Assembly (NCBI GenBank): GCA_045863235.1
Contig: BTUM01000027.1
Location: forward strand, 1-64,000
Direction of reading: 5' to 3'
DNA length: 64,000 nucleotides
DNA from: Candidatus Xenobia bacterium
GTDB lineage: Bacteria; Vulcanimicrobiota; Xenobia; Xenobiales; QWHO01
Notes under the pieces: model-generated
What the model was told of the DNA's origin: nothing
Databases searched by the model: none
The model's input: only the letters and a program-made list of their open reading frames with translations
Position numbers and translations under genes: made by a program
In this document: in pieces, positions 31,342 to 40,885 of the stretch
Numbering within the stretch: position 1 is the stretch's first letter
Layout: every line of letters begins with the position of its first letter

Positions 31342-31754
31342 GACAGCTCATCCTCATGCTTGTGCTCGCGAGCGTCGCACTGTCCAGCCCTCAGTCCAAT
31401 GCAGTGGCCGGCTCCCTGAGCGCGTCCCAACCCCAGTCCATCGGCATCGAGGGGGCCTATTTCCGCGGCGACGCCCGTCTCGAAGCCGTGACGGACCTTC
31501 GGGACTCCCGCCAGTTCCGCCTCATCCTCAATCTGAAGAACGTCAGTAAAACCAAAGCTTATTGGGCCATCCACGTCTGCCTCCTCGACGCCAGCAACAA
31601 CCTCGTGGGAGCCTGCAGCTACAACCAGGGAAGCGGCGAGAACCCCGGTAAAGCGATCGAGCACCAGGCCGACGTGTTCATGCCCGACGTCCAGGCGGTC
31701 AAGCGCTACCAGCTCGTCTTCTACGAGGACTCCAAACCGATTGGGGCTCGGTGA
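31338..31754 (+). CDS. Secreted small beta-sandwich protein (FxLYD-like), paralog B
   Basis: ATGA overlap with paralog A; signal peptide; LKNVS...LDASNNLVGA...NPGK. Confidence 0.72.
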   Translation: MRQLILMLVLASVALSSPQSNAVAGSLSASQPQSIGIEGAYFRGDARLEAVTDLRDSRQFRLILNLKNVSKTKAYWAIHVCLLDASNNLVGACSYNQGSGENPGKAIEHQADVFMPDVQAVKRYQLVFYEDSKPIGAR

Positions 31755-31798
31755 TCATCGACCCGGCACGCGGTGATTCTCCTGGAGCTCCAGCGGAG

Positions 31799-33187
31799 TC
31801 AGGTCCCGGAACACGGTGTCCTGCCCCGAACCGACGAAGTCAGCCGGATTCGAAAGCTTGCTCCCCGGTCCGGCCCGGACTCCGCCGTCACCTGACCGCC
31901 ATGCGCTTGCACCAGGCTCCGGACGATGGCCAGACCAAGCCCGGTGCCGCCGGTGTCCCGGCTGCGTGACGGATCTGGACGCGCAAAGCGCTCGAACAGT
32001 CCACTTGCCGGCAGCCCTGGTCCCTGGTCGCTGACAACCAGCTCCACCCCATCTTCCACCGCCGTGGCACGCAGGGCCACGGTACTGCCCTCGGGCGCAT
32101 AGCGGAGCGCATTGTCAACCAGGTTGTCGAGCACCTGGCGAAGCCGATCGGCATCGCCCTGAACCGTCAGATCGCTATCGGCCTCCAGCTCGAGATTCAC
32201 AGAGCGCTCGCGAGCCTTCGGCTCGAAGCTGCCTCGGCAGGCCTCGAGCAGCTCCCGCACACCCACTGTCGCCAGGCACAAGCGCAGACCGCCCTGGTCG
32301 ACCTGGCTCAGCGTCAGCAAGTCGCGCACCAACCTGGCCAGGCGACGCGCCTCCTCGAGCGACCTCTCGAGGCAGGAGCGATACTGCTCTGCGTCGCGCG
32401 GGCGGCGCAGAGTCACCTCCAGGTGTCCGATGAGGTTCGTCAGAGGGGTACGGAGCTCGTGGGAGGCGTCGGAGAGAAACTGTTGCTGCAAGCGGAACGC
32501 CTCCTCGAGCTGGGCCAGCATGGCATTGAGCGCCTCACGCAGCACGGTCACCTCGCGATCTTCTCCGGGCTCGGGCTCCAGGCGCCTGGCGAGTTGGTCC
32601 GGACCGATCCTCTGGGCAGCCAGCGCCACCCCTTCGAGGGGATGTGTGATGCGGCATGCGAGCCACCAGCTGAATCCTGCCGCCAGGGCACTGCCGCAGA
32701 GCAGGACGGCGACCAGCACCGTCACGAGTCGACTCAGGGCGTGTCGCACCGGAGCGAGCGGCAGCGCCACCACCGCCACCGCCCGCTGCTGCTCGAGCGG
32801 GAAGAACAGCGCTCGGACAGGTTGCCCCTGCCACTCGAGGTCGGCCAGCATCGGCCGGGTGGTCGACTCGAGGTCGGCGTGACGCGGCAGGGGCTGTGTG
32901 AGGTTGTCGCTCAGGGCCAGCACCTCCCCACCCGGACGTACAATTTGGGCATAGCGCTGGTATCCGCCGCGAAGGCCGACGGTGTCGTGCAGGTGGATGC
33001 GCGGTCCGTCCACGGCCGAAGCGACTTCCGTGCTGGTCACCGCCATCAGGGCCGCGTCCAACTGAGAACTCATGGTGCGACGCGCACCCAGGTAGACCGC
33101 CAGGCCACTCAGGGACAGCAGCATCAAACAGAGCAGTGTGACGCTCGCAGCCAGTCGGTGGCGCAGGCTCAAGGTGCCACCAGACAA
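31799..33187 (-). CDS. Sensor histidine kinase (HAMP-HisKA-HATPase; CusS/CzcS-like)
   Basis: DASHELRTPL H-box, NLVDNALRY, DQGPG and GTGLGLAI; two TM helices; start approximate. Confidence 0.93.
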   Translation of the reverse strand: MSGGTLSLRHRLAASVTLLCLMLLSLSGLAVYLGARRTMSSQLDAALMAVTSTEVASAVDGPRIHLHDTVGLRGGYQRYAQIVRPGGEVLALSDNLTQPLPRHADLESTTRPMLADLEWQGQPVRALFFPLEQQRAVAVVALPLAPVRHALSRLVTVLVAVLLCGSALAAGFSWWLACRITHPLEGVALAAQRIGPDQLARRLEPEPGEDREVTVLREALNAMLAQLEEAFRLQQQFLSDASHELRTPLTNLIGHLEVTLRRPRDAEQYRSCLERSLEEARRLARLVRDLLTLSQVDQGGLRLCLATVGVRELLEACRGSFEPKARERSVNLELEADSDLTVQGDADRLRQVLDNLVDNALRYAPEGSTVALRATAVEDGVELVVSDQGPGLPASGLFERFARPDPSRSRDTGGTGLGLAIVRSLVQAHGGQVTAESGPDRGASFRIRLTSSVRGRTPCSGT

Positions 33188-33834
33188 TAGCCGGAGCCGC
33201 GCACCGTCTTAACCAGGTCTCGATGGGCGCCAAGCTTGCTTCGAAGGTATCCGACGTAGACGTCGACGACGTTCGAGTTCGGCTCGAGGCCGCTCTCCCA
33301 CACGTTCTCCCAGAGCTCCGTGCGCGAAACGATTCTTCCGGCGCGGCGGCAGAGAAGCTCCAGGATCAGGTATTCTCGCGCGGTCAGCGACAGCGGGCGG
33401 CCGTCCAGGAGGACCTGGCGAGAGGCGGGATCGAGCCGGAGCGGGCCCACCTCGAGCGTTTCCCGGGGGGCTACCGCGGGCCGGCGCAGGTGGGCCCGCA
33501 GGCGCGCCACCAGTTCCTCGAAGGCGAAGGGCTTCACGACGTAGTCGTCGGCCCCGAGGTCGAGGCCGCGCACCCGATCGCTGACGCGATCGCGGGCGGT
33601 GAGGAAGACGATCGGCGCCTCCACCCCCTGGCCGCGCCACTGGCGGCACAGCTCGAATCCGTCTCCGCCAGGAAGCATGGCATCGAGCACGATCGCATCG
33701 TAGCGATTCACCGCCAGGGCCTCATCCGCGGCCGGGGCGGTCGACGCCGTATCCACTACGAAACCTTCCTCTTCCAGGCCCTGCTTCAGAAACGCGAGCG
33801 TCTCGAGCTCATCGTCGACAACCAGGAGCTTCAC
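33169..33834 (-). CDS. OmpR-family response regulator (CusR/CzcR-like)
   Basis: LVVDDE, LDAMLPG, GADDYVVKPF, NVVDVYVGYLRSK, TVRGSGY. Confidence 0.95.
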   Translation of the reverse strand: MKLLVVDDELETLAFLKQGLEEEGFVVDTASTAPAADEALAVNRYDAIVLDAMLPGGDGFELCRQWRGQGVEAPIVFLTARDRVSDRVRGLDLGADDYVVKPFAFEELVARLRAHLRRPAVAPRETLEVGPLRLDPASRQVLLDGRPLSLTAREYLILELLCRRAGRIVSRTELWENVWESGLEPNSNVVDVYVGYLRSKLGAHRDLVKTVRGSGYCLVAP

Positions 33835-33838
33835 GACC

Positions 33839-33873
33839 TTCTCATCTTATTCTCACACTGAAAACGATAGACT
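33839..33873 (+). promoter_or_regulatory. Putative OmpR-family direct-repeat site plus -10 box
   Basis: TTCTCA at 33839-33844 and 33850-33855 (11-bp period) and TAGACT at 33868-33873, in the gap between the divergent regulator and membrane gene. Confidence 0.55.
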
Positions 33874-33918
33874 TGAGAAGACCTGGTGTCCATGACCAGG
33901 ATCATTTGGAGGTAGCCC

Positions 33919-34419
33919 ATGAATCCGACTCATCTGCATCTGATGCTCAACCACGTTCCGATCCTGGTCGTTCCCCTGGCCGTGGGGCTTCTCGCGGCGG
34001 GAATCCTGGTCAGCTCTCGGGACCTCAAGAAGGCTGCCCTGGTGTTGTTCGTCCTGGCGGGCCTGGTCATCTGGCCCGTCTACCTCACTGGCGAGCCCGC
34101 CGAAGAGACCGTCGAGAACCTTCCTGGCGTCTCCGAGAGCCTGACCGAGCAACATGAAGATGCCGCCAAACTCGCGCTCATCTTCGTAGAGATCCTTGCT
34201 GTCGGAGCCCTTGGAGGGCTCATCCTGTCACGCATGAACGACGTCAACAAAGTGATTGCCGCGCCGCTACTCGGCCTGGGGCTGGTAGCGACCCTGTCGA
34301 TGGGCTGGGTCGGCTACCTGGGCGGGCAGATCCGGCACACCGAAGTGCGCTCCAACGCAGCGACCGTAACGGCTCCTGAATCCGGCGCCCCTGAGGGCAG
34401 GGGCGACGACGACGACTGA
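33919..34419 (+). CDS. Four-TM His-containing membrane protein (DUF2231-like)
   Basis: GGAGG RBS; HLHLMLNHVP, TGEPAEE, QHEDAA and LGGQIRHTE motifs. Confidence 0.8.
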   Translation: MNPTHLHLMLNHVPILVVPLAVGLLAAGILVSSRDLKKAALVLFVLAGLVIWPVYLTGEPAEETVENLPGVSESLTEQHEDAAKLALIFVEILAVGALGGLILSRMNDVNKVIAAPLLGLGLVATLSMGWVGYLGGQIRHTEVRSNAATVTAPESGAPEGRGDDDD

Positions 34420-34479
34420 CCCGTTGGGCAGTTCGCAGGCCAACTCCCGCGCAGTCCTTGCGCTCGAAGCCTGCGCAGG

Positions 34480-34837
34480 GACCGTCGCCGCCGGCGGCGC
34501 CATCCTGGAAGTTGAAGCGGATGCGGAACTGAGAGAGAGAGCCGTCAGGCGTGGGCAAGAGGCCGATGACGTTGCCGTTGTCCTCCACCACGGTGAAGTC
34601 GGGCAGAGAAACCGTCACCCGATTGTCGTCGCCCTTCCACCCCTGCCGCTCGAGCAGCTTGCTCCGGGCGTAGGCCAGGCCGGCGTCAGCCGCGTGTTGC
34701 GCCGCCTCGTCCTCGCGAGTGCTCTCGGAGAGAGCCAGCGCCGCCGGGCCCAATACGAAAGCCGCCCGAGCCAGCATCCCCAGCACGAGCACGAGCAACA
34801 TCACTGTCACCAGGACGACGCCACCTTTTCCTTGCAT
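34480..34837 (-). pseudogene. Probably truncated PilX-like minor pilin N-terminal fragment
   Basis: AGGAGG RBS; MQGKG|GVVLVTVMLLVLVLGML...AQHAADAGLAYA; after FQDGAAGGDG the frame reads implausibly and runs antisense into the membrane gene. Confidence 0.55.
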
Positions 34838-35004
34838 GCGTTACCCTCCTTCTCCAAGGGCAACACAGGAAAGGCGGCAGAGGCCACCGCGACTTCGGTG
34901 GCGGCGTGAACGATCCACTGGACCGCTGACCTGGACTCGCTCGTCGGCCAAACCAACCCGTCAGACCGGCTCAAGATCGTCGGTCCAACCGGCTCGGTCA
35001 AAGT

Positions 35005-35050
35005 TGTTAACATGTCGGAAGTTTACATTTTTGTCATCATGCCGCAGAAT
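35005..35050 (+). promoter_or_regulatory. TGTTAACA box plus sigma70-like promoter TTTACA-N17-CAGAAT
   Basis: TGTTAACA 35005-35012; -35 at 35022-35027; -10 at 35045-35050. Confidence 0.55.
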
Positions 35051-35083
35051 AGAGGCCTAGAGCCAGTTCATGGAGGTGTCCAG

Positions 35084-35461
35084 GTGGCCCACCCGCACAA
35101 ACGCTCCGACGGAATCGAAGCCATCGGCAACAACCACGCAGCCAGCGCCAACGCCGCCAACAACATCCAGATCCCGCAGCGGCAGGTTACAGTTCAGGCC
35201 CCGGCCACCACGGCCCGGCCGACCGAAGTCGAGCCCTCCGTGGCTCCTCCAGGCCATCGCCGGGCGGACTGGTTGCAGCTCTCGCCCATGGCCTCACAGA
35301 AAGCCATCGAGAATGCTGTCACGAAGCCAACCCGGCGCAGCGAGCTGATGGAGGCGGCCGCCCAGTCGCCCCACGGCCATGAGCTGGCAGCCATCGCCTG
35401 CGGCGAAGTGGTCCCCGAAGCCAGCGGCGGCAGCGCCAGCGGCGATCGCGACGACCGCTAA
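35084..35461 (+). CDS. Hypothetical 125-aa protein with disordered N-terminus and DWLQLS motif
   Basis: GGAGGT RBS before GTG 35084; promoter-like sequence upstream. Confidence 0.6.
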   Translation: MAHPHKRSDGIEAIGNNHAASANAANNIQIPQRQVTVQAPATTARPTEVEPSVAPPGHRRADWLQLSPMASQKAIENAVTKPTRRSELMEAAAQSPHGHELAAIACGEVVPEASGGSASGDRDDR

Positions 35462-35464
35462 GTC

Positions 35465-35992
35465 TTATCGAGTAAAGGTCTGAAGCGAGCCCGGCGCCCT
35501 GAAGTCCAGGGAGGCCGGGTTCAGCACGATCAACAGGTCGGGCAGCGTGCCCTCGTTGCGGTGGCCCCGCTCGTCCACCGCGCCCGGCTCGTCGTTCCAG
35601 GCCAGGATGTGAATCTGGGCAACGTACTCGCCGGCCGCCAGCTCCATGTACCCAACTTTGTCGCTGGCCACCGCCTCGAGGTGGCGGTAATCGCCGAAAC
35701 AGAGCCCGCCGGAAGAGCGGAAGAGATACTTGCGCGAACTCACAGCCAGCAGGCCCCGCTCGCGTTCGGTCAGGTCGGCCGGCTCGGCCGCGCTGCCCAG
35801 ACGCACCTCGTATTCGAAGACCCCTGGCGTGTTCAGGCGCACGGGCACGAAGTAGCCACCAACCGTGTGACGCACGACCTCTGAATCGTCCCCGAGCGTG
35901 TCGTACCAGCTCTCCTCGTCGTAGACCATAGGAAAATGGGTGCTGTCCCACAGCCCGCACATCCCGGAGGTCACCACGCACATTCCCCTCAT
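35465..35992 (-). CDS. Hypothetical acidic cytoplasmic protein
   Basis: Globular-looking ORF with host-like codons; start taken at ATG 35992. Confidence 0.7.
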   Translation of the reverse strand: MRGMCVVTSGMCGLWDSTHFPMVYDEESWYDTLGDDSEVVRHTVGGYFVPVRLNTPGVFEYEVRLGSAAEPADLTERERGLLAVSSRKYLFRSSGGLCFGDYRHLEAVASDKVGYMELAAGEYVAQIHILAWNDEPGAVDERGHRNEGTLPDLLIVLNPASLDFRAPGSLQTFTR

Positions 35993-36281
35993 GGGGTGCC
36001 CTCTTTGACCGCCCCGGCCCGGCACCTTCAGGGCTCGGCTGGCACTGCGCCCGAACGCGTGGAGGTCGCATACCAGAGTCCTGCGAGCACCGTCGGCCCC
36101 TGGGAACTTCTCAAGGCTGACACCCAGGCTCTCTGGCCGATAATTGAATCTGATTCAAGTCCAAAAGAATCTGTTCAAACCCCCACTTTTCGGCTAAGAT
36201 GAAGGCTGCAGTTTTCGCTCTCCGGGCCGCGTCGTGGCGAGTTCCCGGGGCAGGCTGACGAACGACCGGAGGGCCCGTTTA

Positions 36282-37373
36282 TTGGAAGAGCTCGTCGTCG
36301 AGCTGGTGGGCGTCACCAAGCGCTTCGACCGTGTAACCGCAGTGGACAACGTGACCCTGCAGATTCGCCGTGGCGAATTTTTCTCTTTACTGGGGCCTTC
36401 GGGCTGCGGGAAGACCACCAGCCTGCGCCTGGTGGCAGGCTTTGAAGAGCCCGACCAGGGCGAGATCCGTCTTGACGGCAAGCCGGTGCAGTCGCTGCCT
36501 CCCTACCGTCGGCGGGTCAACACCGTGTTCCAGAACTACGCCCTGTTCCCGCACCTGAACGTGTTCGACAATGTGGCCTTCGGCCTGCGCCGCAGCGGGG
36601 TCGCCGAGCCGGAGATCAAGACCCGGGTGGGTCAGGCCCTCGAGCTGGTGCGCCTGCCCGACCATCTCACCCGGCGCACCACCGAGCTCTCCGGCGGCCA
36701 GCAACAGCGGGTGGCTCTGGCCCGGGCCCTGGTCAACGAGCCCCAGGTGCTGCTGCTGGACGAGCCCATGTCGGCCCTGGATCCCAAGCTGCGTCGCGAC
36801 ATGCGCACCGAGCTCAAGCGCCTGCAGAAAGACCTGGGCATCACGTTCGTACTGGTCACCCACGACCAGGAGGAGGCCCTCAGCACCTCCGACCGGGTGG
36901 CCGTCATGAACGCGGGCAGGGTGGAGCAGGTGGATGCGCCCCGGGCCATCTACGAGCGCCCCTCTACCCGCTTTGTGGCCGACTTCATCGGCACCGCCAA
37001 CTTCCTGCCCGCCACCGTCCGCGCCGTCAGCAACGGTCGCTCCACGGTGGTGCTGGCCGACGGCGTCACCCTGGTGGCCCCATCGGCCGAGAAAGCGCCC
37101 GTGGGCGCGGCCGTTGAGCTGTCGGTGCGTCCCGAGCGACTCTGGCTCACCCGCGAGCCCGGCACCAACGGCTCCAATTGCCTGCCCGCCCGGGTCACCG
37201 AGTGCACCTACATGGGCCCGGTCACCCGCTACACCGTCGAGGTGGCCGAGGGCGTGCGACTGACCACCGAGCAACAGAACCAGGAGCTGGTGGACGGCTA
37301 TCAGGCTGGCGAGTCGGTTTTTCTGCAGTGGCAGCCCACCAGCGGCACCCTGCTGCCCGTCGAGGCTCGTTGA
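36282..37373 (+). CDS. potA: Spermidine/putrescine ABC transporter ATPase
   Basis: GPSGCGKTT, VFQNYALFPH, LSGGQQQR; C-terminal TOBE domain; GGAGG RBS before TTG 36282. Confidence 0.93.
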   Translation: MEELVVELVGVTKRFDRVTAVDNVTLQIRRGEFFSLLGPSGCGKTTSLRLVAGFEEPDQGEIRLDGKPVQSLPPYRRRVNTVFQNYALFPHLNVFDNVAFGLRRSGVAEPEIKTRVGQALELVRLPDHLTRRTTELSGGQQQRVALARALVNEPQVLLLDEPMSALDPKLRRDMRTELKRLQKDLGITFVLVTHDQEEALSTSDRVAVMNAGRVEQVDAPRAIYERPSTRFVADFIGTANFLPATVRAVSNGRSTVVLADGVTLVAPSAEKAPVGAAVELSVRPERLWLTREPGTNGSNCLPARVTECTYMGPVTRYTVEVAEGVRLTTEQQNQELVDGYQAGESVFLQWQPTSGTLLPVEAR

Positions 37374-37414
37374 CGAGGGCTCGCGCCCCTCTTGCCGTTC
37401 TCGACCTGTCCCGA

Positions 37415-38440
37415 ATGTCGCGGCGCTCGTTCCTGGGTTGCCTGGCGGCCGGGGCCCTGCTCAGCTCTTGCTCGAGCTCGCACAAGACGCTGAACTTCTA
37501 CAACTGGGCCAACTACATCGGTGAGACCACCGTTCCCGACTTTCAGAAAGCTACCGGCATCCGGGTCAACCAGGATACGTTCAGCTCGCAGGACGTGCTC
37601 TTTGCCAAGCTCAAGATCGGCCTGGAAGGCTACGATCTGGTGGTGGCCACCGATTACATGGTGCGCCGCCTGATCAAGCACCAACTGCTGGCCCCTATGC
37701 GAGGCGTACAGGGCCTCGAGGGCCTGCTGCCGCGCTTTCAGCACAAGCCCTGGGACCCGGAGCACCGCTTCAGCGTGCCCTACCTCTGGGGAACCACCGG
37801 GGTCGCCTTCAACAGCAACTACGCCCGCCCCGTCCCCGACTCGCTCAACGTTCTTTGGGAGCCGCGCTACAAGAACCGCATCGGCATGCTCAACGAAAAG
37901 CGCGACACTATCGGGGCCGCCCTGCTCAAGCTGGGGCTGGACGGCAACTCGGTGCGCCCCGAAGACCTCGAGCGCGCCCAGGCCGCCCTGCTCGCGCAAA
38001 AGCCGCTGGTGCGCAAGTACAGCACCGACATGATCGACGACCTGGTGCGCCAGGAGTTCCACGTAGCCCTGGGCTACTCGGGCGACGTGGGCCAGGCCCA
38101 CGACTCGCTGCCGGAGGTGGGCTACGTCATCCCGCGGGAAGGTGGCTATCTCTGGGCCGACAACCTGTGCATCCCCCACGACGCGCCCCACTATGAAGCC
38201 GCCATCGCCTTCGTCAACTTCGTGCTCGAGCCCGAGGTGGCCGCTGCCATCACCAACACCGTGGGCTACCCCAATGCCGTGGCCCGGGCGCGCGAGCTGG
38301 TCGATCCCAAGCTGCTGGACAATCCCCTCGGTTACGCCCCCGAGCAGATGCTCGAGCAAACCATCTTCCAGGAAGACCTGGGCCCGGGCGAGCGCCTGTG
38401 GGACCGGGTCTGGGAGAAAGTGAAGCTGCACAGCGCATGA
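37415..38440 (+). CDS. potD: Spermidine/putrescine-binding lipoprotein with Tat-like signal
   Basis: SRRSFLG twin-Arg plus LSSC lipobox; YNWANYI, PYLWGTTG, IPREG..LWADN; alternative TTG start at 37370. Confidence 0.9.
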   Translation: MSRRSFLGCLAAGALLSSCSSSHKTLNFYNWANYIGETTVPDFQKATGIRVNQDTFSSQDVLFAKLKIGLEGYDLVVATDYMVRRLIKHQLLAPMRGVQGLEGLLPRFQHKPWDPEHRFSVPYLWGTTGVAFNSNYARPVPDSLNVLWEPRYKNRIGMLNEKRDTIGAALLKLGLDGNSVRPEDLERAQAALLAQKPLVRKYSTDMIDDLVRQEFHVALGYSGDVGQAHDSLPEVGYVIPREGGYLWADNLCIPHDAPHYEAAIAFVNFVLEPEVAAAITNTVGYPNAVARARELVDPKLLDNPLGYAPEQMLEQTIFQEDLGPGERLWDRVWEKVKLHSA

Positions 38441-39276
38441 AGCAGCGCACGGCCTGGCTCCTGGTGCTTCCGATGGTGGGTTGGCTGGTGTTCTTCTATC
38501 TCTTGCCGCTGGGGGCGGTGGCCCTGCAGAGCTTCCACCTGGTCACTCCCGACTACGAGATCGGCCAGGAATGGACGCTGGAGAACTACCGCCGGGCGCT
38601 GAACCCGGACTATTACCCGGTGGTGCTCCGGTCGGCCGGCTATGCCGCCGCCACCACGCTGGCCTGCCTGGTGCTGGGCTACCCTCTGGCCTACTTCATC
38701 GCCCTCCACGGCGGAAGACACAAGAGCCTGTTCCTGCTGCTCTTGATGCTGCCGTTCTGGACCTCGTACCTGGTGCGCACTTACTGCTGGATGACCTTGC
38801 TGCAGACCGAGGGCCTGCTCAACACGGTGCTCTTTGAGCCCTGGCTGGGTCGCCCGCTGGACATGCTGGCCACCGACGGCTCGGTTATCCTGGGCCTGAC
38901 CTACGGCTTTTTGCCCTTTGCGACTCTGCCCATCTACGTGGCCCTGGAGCGCATCGACCGCAGCCTGCTGGAGGCCTCGGCCGACCTGGGCGGCTCCCCT
39001 ACCTCCACCTTGCTCAAGGTCGTTGTGCCGCTGTCGCGCCCGGGCGTCATCGCGGCCACCCTGCTCACCTTCGTGCCAGCCATGGGCGACTTCGTGACCC
39101 CCGAGCTCTTAGGCGGTCCGAGCACCATCACCATCGGCCAGGCCATCCAGGAGCAGTATTTGCAGCTCTTCGACTGGCCTTTCGGGGCCGCCCTGGCGCT
39201 GCTCTTGATGGTGCTGATGCTCATCGGCATCGCCCTCTATGTGCGATTGTCCGGCTCGGAGCGGGTGCTGGCGTGA
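38437..39276 (+). CDS. potB: Polyamine ABC transporter permease
   Basis: GYPLAY, LPFWTSYLVR and LEASADLG (EAA loop). Confidence 0.92.
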   Translation: MKQRTAWLLVLPMVGWLVFFYLLPLGAVALQSFHLVTPDYEIGQEWTLENYRRALNPDYYPVVLRSAGYAAATTLACLVLGYPLAYFIALHGGRHKSLFLLLLMLPFWTSYLVRTYCWMTLLQTEGLLNTVLFEPWLGRPLDMLATDGSVILGLTYGFLPFATLPIYVALERIDRSLLEASADLGGSPTSTLLKVVVPLSRPGVIAATLLTFVPAMGDFVTPELLGGPSTITIGQAIQEQYLQLFDWPFGAALALLLMVLMLIGIALYVRLSGSERVLA

Positions 39277-40058
39277 AGCGCTCCCCCTTTCTGCTGGCCT
39301 ATACCGTGCTGGTGTATCTCTTTTTGTATGCCCCGGTGCTGGTCATGGCCCTCTACAGCTTCAATCAGGACCCGCGCAACGCCGTCTGGAAGGGCTTCAC
39401 CCTGGAGTGGTACGCCAGACTGCTGCAAGACAGCGAGATCCAGCGGGCCCTGCTCAACAGCCTCCAGGTCGGCCTCATCGCCACCCTGGCGGCCACCGTG
39501 CTGGGCACGATGGCCGCCCTGGCCCTGACCCGCTACCGATTCCGGATGCAGGGAGCGTTGAGCGGTCTGGTTTTCCTGCCCATGGTGGTGCCCGAGGTGG
39601 TCATGGGCACCTCGCTGCTGGCTTTCCTGGCCGCTATCGGTTGGAAGCTCTCGCTCTCCACCATCATCGTGGCCCACATCGCCTTCTGCGTCTCCTACGT
39701 GACCATCACCGTGCGGGCCCGCCTGGCCGGGATGGACTTTCGCCTGGAGGAGGCGGCCGCCGACCTGGGCGCCGGGCCCTGGGACACCTTCCGCCTGGTC
39801 ACGCTGCCCCGCATCCTGCCCGGCGTCATCTCGGGCGCTCTGCTCTGCCTGACCATCAGCATCGACGACTTCGTGGTCACCTTCTTCACCCAGGGGATCG
39901 GCTCGGGAACTCTGCCGATCCGCATCTACAGCATGGTCAAAACTGGTATCACACCGGAGATCAACGCGGTCTCGACGCTGATGCTGCTGACCACGTTCAG
40001 CCTCATGCTGCTCTATGGACGCCTCGGCTCAGGGCAGGAACCGTCCCGGGCTCGCTGA
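39273..40058 (+). CDS. potC: Polyamine ABC transporter permease
   Basis: FLYAPV, GFTLEWY, LEEAAADLGA, SIDDFVVT and TPEINA motifs. Confidence 0.93.
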   Translation: MKRSPFLLAYTVLVYLFLYAPVLVMALYSFNQDPRNAVWKGFTLEWYARLLQDSEIQRALLNSLQVGLIATLAATVLGTMAALALTRYRFRMQGALSGLVFLPMVVPEVVMGTSLLAFLAAIGWKLSLSTIIVAHIAFCVSYVTITVRARLAGMDFRLEEAAADLGAGPWDTFRLVTLPRILPGVISGALLCLTISIDDFVVTFFTQGIGSGTLPIRIYSMVKTGITPEINAVSTLMLLTTFSLMLLYGRLGSGQEPSRAR

Positions 40059-40162
40059 ACCTACCGGTCCGGCTGCCGGCAGGCGGCCCGGACCTCCGGC
40101 ACAATAAATTCGCGCGGCCCCAAGCCGTGCCGGGGATGCTGGCCGCGCTCAGCGAGGCGCCC

Positions 40163-40885
40163 ATGTTCAAAAACCAGATTCAGGGACTGCAATCGGCCGG
40201 TGGGGTCACTCTGGAAGAGCGCCGGCGGATGATCCGGGTGCGCTGCTACTGCCACGTCGAGGTGCAGCAGGGCGAGGAGAAGCTCAAGGGCGTGGTGACC
40301 GACCTGGGCGTGGACGGCCTGCGGCTCAAGTGCCCCAGCAAGCTGGCCGAAGGCTCCCAGGTGAGCATTCATTACAACGGCGCGGCCGATGCAGGCGGAG
40401 TGCGCTGCCAGGTGATCTGGAGCCAGCCTCACGCTCGCTACGTCGAGAGCGTCAGCGGGCTTCGCTATGACGACTCGAGCGACAATCTGCGCGCCTCCTG
40501 GGTCAGGCTGGTGCTGCAAGAGCTGGGCTTTGACGAGAGCCGGGTCTACCAGAAACGCAAGTTCATCCGGGCCAACGCCTCCATCCCGGCCCGCCTGGAA
40601 GCGCCCGACAAGAGCCAGCTCAACTGTCGCGTGGTCAACCTGGGCGTGGGGGGCGCCCTGGTGGAGCTGAACGAGGAGTTCCCCCGCGATACCCGGCTGC
40701 AACTGGACATGAGCCTGTGGCGCATCCTGCCCACCCTGAGCCTGCCGGGGCTGGTGGTGGATTCGCGCCGCGACGCCGAGACCGGCATGGTGCTCTCGGG
40801 TCTGCGCTTTGGCGAGCTCAACCCCCAGCAGGTCGAGTTGCTGGGCAAGTACGTGGTCTACCTGCTCAACCAGACGGCCAGTTGA
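40163..40885 (+). CDS. Tandem PilZ-domain protein
   Basis: Two RxxxR ... [DN]xGxxG modules: RRMIR/DLGVDG and RKFIR/NLGVGG. Confidence 0.82.
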   Translation: MFKNQIQGLQSAGGVTLEERRRMIRVRCYCHVEVQQGEEKLKGVVTDLGVDGLRLKCPSKLAEGSQVSIHYNGAADAGGVRCQVIWSQPHARYVESVSGLRYDDSSDNLRASWVRLVLQELGFDESRVYQKRKFIRANASIPARLEAPDKSQLNCRVVNLGVGGALVELNEEFPRDTRLQLDMSLWRILPTLSLPGLVVDSRRDAETGMVLSGLRFGELNPQQVELLGKYVVYLLNQTAS

